Assembly: GCA_963674705.1 (NCBI GenBank)
Contig: OY771506.1
Location: forward strand, 4,960,001-5,024,000
Source of the DNA: Phycisphaeraceae bacterium
GTDB taxonomy: Bacteria > Planctomycetota > Phycisphaerae > Phycisphaerales > Phycisphaeraceae
Length of the DNA stretch: 64,000 nucleotides
Direction: 5' to 3'
The translations under genes were made by a program, and so were the position numbers. Shown one piece after another: positions 58,764 to 64,000 of the stretch (its first letter is position 1; each line of letters opens with the position of its first letter). The notes below the pieces were generated by a model that did no database searches, had not been told where the DNA came from, and saw only the letters and a program-made list of their open reading frames with translations.

Positions 58764-59474
58764 TCACTTGTTCTCTGTGTCCTCGCCCCACCAGAACTTT
58801 CCACTGTCCATGAAACTTTTAAACACCCGTTCATCGATCATGTTTAGATCCACAAGCGTCCTGATGCGGGTGAGAATCATAGTCCTGGGAACATCCAGGT
58901 TACGCATGAGAAGCTTTCCGAAACCACCCGATAATCTTGCCTTATAAGTATCCAGCAAGAAGGACACACTTTCGGCTGACATCAGTATCGCTTCGGCAAA
59001 ACGGTCCGCCTGCCATTCCGGGCACTCATTTTCCGGCTCGATTTCCCCCCTGATGTATAAGACGTGTGGATCTTCACATTTGGCCATCTCAACCAACTCT
59101 TGGCCATGGAGAATAGCGTGACCAATCTCGTGAGCAACAGTAAACCTGGCGTGTGCTCGTGATTTGCCTTTTGCCTCCAACCCCAGAATCCATTGCTGCT
59201 GATCGATCGTCAAAGTTTTCCTGGACGTGTCCTTGTCGATATCAAACCGTCCAATGTAACCCCGATTCATGTTGGAAACCGCGTAATCGACGTTGTAACG
59301 CGCCTTAAGAGTGCCGAATTCGATATAGTCCTGGATGGGCACCGGCTTGCCCCGCACATAGCCTTTAATGGTCTGTAACTCTTGTCGTGCAATATCCTCA
59401 ATCTGCCTTATCGTACGGCATTCGACTCGAGGGATATTGGCCTTTGCTTGCTCGTCGTCGTCGTCTTCTTTCAT
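58764..59474 (-). CDS. ImmA/IrrE family metallo-endopeptidase
   Basis: RFTVAHEIGHAILH (HExxH) and EWQADRFAEAILM motifs. Confidence 0.9.
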   Translation of the reverse strand: MKEDDDDEQAKANIPRVECRTIRQIEDIARQELQTIKGYVRGKPVPIQDYIEFGTLKARYNVDYAVSNMNRGYIGRFDIDKDTSRKTLTIDQQQWILGLEAKGKSRAHARFTVAHEIGHAILHGQELVEMAKCEDPHVLYIRGEIEPENECPEWQADRFAEAILMSAESVSFLLDTYKARLSGGFGKLLMRNLDVPRTMILTRIRTLVDLNMIDERVFKSFMDSGKFWWGEDTENK

Positions 59475-59697
59475 TTCATGTATCCTAACTCCCCCGGGAT
59501 TAGATTGTGATAAACGCGGCTCCGATTTTCACGTAATCACAATCCAGTCTAACACTATCGCTGAGCGCCTAGTATTAGCAGTAAAATAGAATTTAAAAGT
59601 CCTCCTTTTTTGATCAATTAAACTATTATCAATTCAACTTCTAAATCTACATCTGAACACTGCTGCACTACGCTCAATCACTCGGATACCGGACCGA

Positions 59698-60171
59698 CTA
59701 CCTGTGGAGTTTTTTCAAAACATTCGATTCTATTTCTGTAATTATTTCTTCATTTAATTTGCCTCCTTGTTCTTCAATTTTCATATTGAGCTTGATTAAA
59801 AATTCCTGCGTCCTCTGGTCATCCGCCTCAACACGTACAAATCCTTGTCGCGCAGCGGCAAGCTCCTCCAGAACTAAAAGCGTTTTCTCATCGCCATCAC
59901 AAAACGCAACGAATTTGGCCAGGTGTTCAAATTTGTACGGGTTGCGGCGCCCTAACTCGATATCGCTTTGATGTGTCACGGAGATACCCAAAAACCTCGC
60001 CACATCTGTCAGACGTTTCCTATGAGACTCACGAATCTGCCTGATCCTCATGCCGTAGTTGTTTTCTGGTGTTGAGTTACGCTCCAACTCCCGCTTCTTA
60101 CCGCGGTACTCAAGTCGCCGCTGAACGGATTCGAGCGTTGGCACCGCCGGTTGTTGTGCTTGGTCTATCAC
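59698..60171 (-). CDS. XRE-family HTH transcriptional regulator
   Basis: YGMRIRQIR..LTDVARFLGIS...SDIELGRRNP. Likely GTG start follows AAGGAG; alternative ATG at 60207. Confidence 0.85.
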   Translation of the reverse strand: MIDQAQQPAVPTLESVQRRLEYRGKKRELERNSTPENNYGMRIRQIRESHRKRLTDVARFLGISVTHQSDIELGRRNPYKFEHLAKFVAFCDGDEKTLLVLEELAAARQGFVRVEADDQRTQEFLIKLNMKIEEQGGKLNEEIITEIESNVLKKLHR

Positions 60172-60377
60172 GGAGCTCTCCTTGGTTACAGGTTTGATTT
60201 TCCGCATATTAGCGTAATAGCGTAAGTGCTGGATGTCAACAACTATTCCCCGAGCAGAGCAAAAAAAATACCAACCCATCAACTTACGTAAGTCAATAAA
60301 ATTCAGAATATTATATAGATACCCCGCCCCGCCGGCCGGTATTTTGCTTTGATTTAACACTCGAAAGTATTGGGTCC

Positions 60378-60587
60378 CAGCGCTCGGCGCAGGTCTCCCA
60401 ACCCCGCCGTGGTAGACGACCGAAGGTTTCCAAGTTTAAGACCTGCGGTCAAAGATCGGCGATCTTTTCATGACACAACAGCGCTTACCCCCCTCTCCCC
60501 GCAGGAGCCCCGGAAAATGGCAAGGGTAAGGACCGGATTGATTACGCAATCAATAACAAAACACATGGCCCGACCATCCTGATCGGG
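60378..60587. repeat. composite intergenic element, copy B
   Basis: Collinear with 62765-62984; terminal CCCGACCA hairpin is inverted. Confidence 0.85.
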
Positions 60588-60790
60588 TAAACCAACTTTT
60601 AAACGCAAATCAAACACCACCACACCGGCGAGACCATCGCCGGCTTTATAACTGACGTCCATCGAACACTGCGCAGAACAAGAATACCAGCGCGACCATT
60701 GGTCGCGGCTATACATAAACACCCAATCGGCATGATCGGTCTGCGCTCGGCCAGCGCCGTGTGCAATATGTCCTAACCACCGCGTCCCGT

Positions 60791-61468
60791 CTACGCGCGA
60801 CGTCGGGCGATCAGTCCGGCACAAACCAGTACCACAAGACCCACGGAACCAGGCTCCGGCACGAGAATCGGCACACCCGCTTCGGTTTCATAGGCCCACG
60901 CAACAGGCGCATAGCCGGGCGTGTTGTCTTGAACTTCGTCCCAAATCAGGTGAATCCACCCGTAGTGCGGCTGGGAATCGATCATCACACGGACGCCGAT
61001 GTAAGCATCCTCGCCAAGCAACGGGTTGAAACCCGACACGGTTTGCCAAAGAAAATGCGCCCGGTCACTCCACGTCTCACCTCCTGCGCCAACCAACTGG
61101 CCGGGATCGAAAACATGGGCGGGCTCAATCTCTTTGGGTTGCAGGAAAGGATCGGGTTCAAAGATGTAAGGCTCATCGGTGGCGATGCGGATGTCGGCTT
61201 CAACGCCGAACGGCAGCGCGACAATCTCTGTAGAAGAGTCAGGGCCGTAATACCACAAACGAATGGCCCGACCTGTCGCTGCTCCCGACTGCGACGGCGG
61301 CAACATCGGATCAAGATAGTTCGGCTCGGGCGGTGGAGCACCGTCCCACGCACGGTTCCAAACAAACTCCCCCGACGCATTGTCAAACACGACCATCACG
61401 CCGCTCGCCGTCGTGCATAACGACAAAACGAAAACACAGGCCACAGACAGAATCGTTGCACGTAGCAT
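60791..61468 (-). CDS. PEP-CTERM protein
   Basis: Signal peptide; YIGVR..HYGWI..WAYE..G.PI; VPEPGSVGL..RRRA; GAGGAGG RBS. Confidence 0.87.
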   Translation of the reverse strand: MLRATILSVACVFVLSLCTTASGVMVVFDNASGEFVWNRAWDGAPPPEPNYLDPMLPPSQSGAATGRAIRLWYYGPDSSTEIVALPFGVEADIRIATDEPYIFEPDPFLQPKEIEPAHVFDPGQLVGAGGETWSDRAHFLWQTVSGFNPLLGEDAYIGVRVMIDSQPHYGWIHLIWDEVQDNTPGYAPVAWAYETEAGVPILVPEPGSVGLVVLVCAGLIARRRA

Positions 61469-61669
61469 GTTCTTCCTCCTCACCCCGATGTATTACCCTT
61501 GCAGGCAGAACCCGGGAGGACTGAATGCCCAGACTTCTAATATGACCTCTACCCGGCTACATCGCCAGGCCAAACGGTATTATTATATCGTCGCAACCCA
61601 AGCTTACTAGACCATTTGGCCTGATATGCCGCGATTTGGCAATCAAATCAGCGGATTGGTTACGTCTTG

Positions 61670-61866
61670 ATCCAGTCAGATTACCCAATCTGACTGGATG
61701 GACATGCCAGTACATATAGTTCATCAAACAATTTACATCCCGCAGAACACTTCGCGCCAAAGAAATAACAGACAGCATAAGTTGGTGGCGTTCGGGATCA
61801 TTCCCCTTTTTGACTACCTTGCTGATGTATACCTAAAGCCCGGGGATAGCCATCCCCGGGCTTTAG
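61670..61866. repeat. two perfect hairpins (61670-61699, 13-bp stem; 61833-61866, 15-bp stem)
   Basis: atccagtcagatt-accc-aatctgactggat and ctaaagcccggggat-agcc-atccccgggctttag. Confidence 0.75.
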
Positions 61867-61923
61867 CAAGTAGCATGAGCAAGCGCCCGTAGCAACTGTC
61901 TTCCCCGAACAGTTCGTTCAGCA

Positions 61924-62628
61924 CTAATGAACACTAACGATATCTTTTATTAATGCTATTACTATCACAATATTAAAAATGGTTGATAATGTTAGCCAGT
62001 GCCACCGAAGTCGAGCTGGCAAGAATTGTTGTCTATCGATTTCTTCTAAGCTTAACTGTTCAACCTCGGGTTCAACACCGAGACTGCAAAACAACTCATG
62101 GAGTTTATCTGCCAGGTGCGAAGCAGCGATACTCAAGCTGGAAATGTAATAATCACAATCATATTTATGCCTGCATTGCCTGCACAGCACCATCCAATAT
62201 GGATCAATGTCTAACCCAGTCAAATCAAGATGAAGAGAATAACTTGACTGTGAACGTCTCTTATTGGTTTTTCGAACGACCCTAACCAACCGGCCGGATG
62301 CAAGCACCAGCGGCTCCTGTTCTCCATGTTCAATATCATTCCGCGTAAAACGAATTACATTATCACTTTCAAGCGAGACCACCAATGGATGCTTGCGAAC
62401 ACCCAATGTTGCGAGAAGATTTGCCATTAACATCAGCATGCCAATCGCAAGAATGATGAATAATATAGATGCAAGGAATATAGCTTGGATGAAGTACTGT
62501 TTGTTGGGGACACCACTGAATACCAGACAAAATAACGGGAAAAGACAGTATAGCCACGTCAAGTAACGCACGGTCTTCCGATAGGTCCAGTACGGCGGCT
62601 TCAAAACCAGCTCTTTATCTACTTTCAT
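61924..62628 (-). CDS. AT-rich hypothetical membrane protein
   Basis: Two N-terminal and one C-terminal TM segments. Start uncertain. Confidence 0.6.
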   Translation of the reverse strand: MKVDKELVLKPPYWTYRKTVRYLTWLYCLFPLFCLVFSGVPNKQYFIQAIFLASILFIILAIGMLMLMANLLATLGVRKHPLVVSLESDNVIRFTRNDIEHGEQEPLVLASGRLVRVVRKTNKRRSQSSYSLHLDLTGLDIDPYWMVLCRQCRHKYDCDYYISSLSIAASHLADKLHELFCSLGVEPEVEQLSLEEIDRQQFLPARLRWHWLTLSTIFNIVIVIALIKDIVSVH

Positions 62629-62764
62629 ATAAGCAACTGTCTTTGCTGGGTGCCCCACTTTAATCACATAGTGACAAAGTGTGTTGCACAATCGACACAC
62701 CTCACTGCTTCATTATCAAAGTGTAACACGCCACAAATGATAAAACGAGCCGTATCTGTTCGGT

Positions 62765-62984
62765 CAGCGCTCGGCGCGGGTCTCCCGACCCCGACGTCGT
62801 GGCGGACCGAAGGTCTCCTTAATCAAAACCTGTAGTCATCGATCGAGGTAAAAAGCGATCCGCGCCGAGAAATGCTGCTTACCCCCCTCTCCCCGCGGGA
62901 GCCCCGGAACATGGCCGGGGTGAGGGCGGGTTGATTACGTCATCTTTTTTATTAACCATCCCGACCAGGATGGTCGGGCTATAT
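62765..62984. repeat. composite intergenic element, copy C
   Basis: cagcgctcggcgc.ggtctccc..gaccgaaggt..gcttaccccc..ggagccccggaa..ttgattacg..atcccgaccaggatggtcgggctatat. Confidence 0.85.
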
Positions 62985-63026
62985 GACATTTGTCTTCGCG
63001 CTCTCCACGATACTTAACCACCAAAC

Positions 63027-63058
63027 AAAAACCCCCGGCGAAATACGCCGGGGGTTTT
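63027..63058. terminator. terminator-like hairpin
   Basis: aaaacccccggcg-aaata-cgccgggggtttt. Confidence 0.75.
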
Positions 63059-63095
63059 CCTGCAACTTCTGTCGTTTAAGACCGCCCTGTTTTAT

Positions 63096-63170
63096 GTCAT
63101 CCCCGCGCAAGCGGGGATCCATGTACAGGGATTCATTGGGCGCGTTGATTCCCGCGTGCGCGGGGATGAC
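63096..63170. repeat. GTCATCCCCGCG..GCGGGGATCC / GATTCCCGC..GCGGGGATGAC REP-like inverted doublet
   Basis: Two hairpins in inverted orientation. Confidence 0.8.
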
Positions 63171-63254
63171 GGTTATTAGTAATACAAAGGATTCAAATCC
63201 TCTTCATCCGCATCTGCGTCATCTGCGCAATCTGCGGACTCACCCTCTCCCCCC

Positions 63255-64000
63255 CTACAACGACAGCTTCAATAAGAAGAATATCAGCCAGATCAAGCAA
63301 TAGATCGGGATCAGGATCGGCAGTGCATACTTCAGGACATAGCCGAAGAAGCTCGGCATCTGGATGCCGGCGCTTTCGGCGATGCTCTTGACCATGAAGT
63401 TCGGGCCGTTGCCGATATACGTACATGCACCGAAGAACACCGCGCCGACGCTGATCGCGATCAGGAACAACTCAAGGTCGTGGTTGCCGATGATCATGGC
63501 GATACGGATGTCGGTGTCACTGACCTTGCTCTGTTGGATCTTCGCGCTGTTGTACTTCACCAGCACGTCATACGCGTTAACAACGTGCTCATCCATCCCA
63601 TCAGGCCGATCAGGGATCTGACCCGGCGCATGGTCGTCCAGCACAGAACGCAGGTGCTCGACCTCTTCGCCGTACTGGCTCTGCACCTGGCCCTGTTTTG
63701 TCTCCAGGAATACCAGGTATGTCGGCGCGTTATCGAGACAACTGGATAATGCGCCAGTGAGGAAGTAATACTGGCCCGGCGTCTTCAGCGGCATCTGTTC
63801 GGAGTGGATATTCAAGTAGTTCAGCGCGGGCACCATCGTCGAGAAGATGCCGACGAACAGGATCGCCACCTCCTTGATCGGGCCGTACGTGAACTCGTTG
63901 CGTTCGTAGATGTAAGGCTTCGTCGACAGCTTCGACGCAACACACGCGATCAGCATCATGATCTCGCGGCTGATCGGCAGCATCATGTACTCGTGGTTAC
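63255..64000 (-). CDS. putative sodium:proton antiporter / CitMHS-like transporter (5' end outside window)
   Basis: PIKEVAILFVGIF.TM, LSSCLDNAPTY, GACTYIGNGPNFMVKSIAE and MPSFFGY motifs. Confidence 0.85.
   Translation of the reverse strand, partial: NHEYMMLPISREIMMLIACVASKLSTKPYIYERNEFTYGPIKEVAILFVGIFSTMVPALNYLNIHSEQMPLKTPGQYYFLTGALSSCLDNAPTYLVFLETKQGQVQSQYGEEVEHLRSVLDDHAPGQIPDRPDGMDEHVVNAYDVLVKYNSAKIQQSKVSDTDIRIAMIIGNHDLELFLIAISVGAVFFGACTYIGNGPNFMVKSIAESAGIQMPSFFGYVLKYALPILIPIYCLIWLIFFLLKLSL

Noticed and set aside
61557..61778. Possible RAYT/REP-transposase remnant ('NYMYWHVHPVRLG')
   Set aside because: The resemblance largely comes from translating the 61670-61699 hairpin, and no HUH-domain context is present.

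Overview
A GC-rich bacterial chromosome segment, most likely Planctomycetota of the Phycisphaerae type. This is inferred from PEP-CTERM proteins, 'GDLxGDGFVGLDDLDIVLxNWN' dockerin-like domains, an LEPRxLL-type protein, a prepilin/H-X9-DG (DUF1559-like) gene and the rpsF-ssb-rplI order without rpsR. Housekeeping content: argF, argB, aroA, a MoaB/MogA gene, a GroES-like gene, nuoG divergent from nuoJKLMN, rpsF-ssb-rplI, tRNA-Asp, a FabA/Z-like dehydratase and a cobA-hemD fusion. Carbohydrate-active genes: GH35, GH5, a CBM20-esterase and a doubled GH25 muramidase. Mobile DNA: intact IS3 and IS630 elements, a decayed IS1380 and an IS3 fragment. The last ~13 kb is a variable region of PEP-CTERM genes plus an XRE/ImmA(IrrE) pair. 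The most unusual signal is non-coding. Several repeat families recur in stereotyped composites: 7-nt-period tracts, 8/9-nt-period long inverted repeats (one nested in another) and REP-like hairpins. They supply stop codons or termini to several genes and bracket the genes of the variable region. All calls come from reading motifs by eye; no database search was run.
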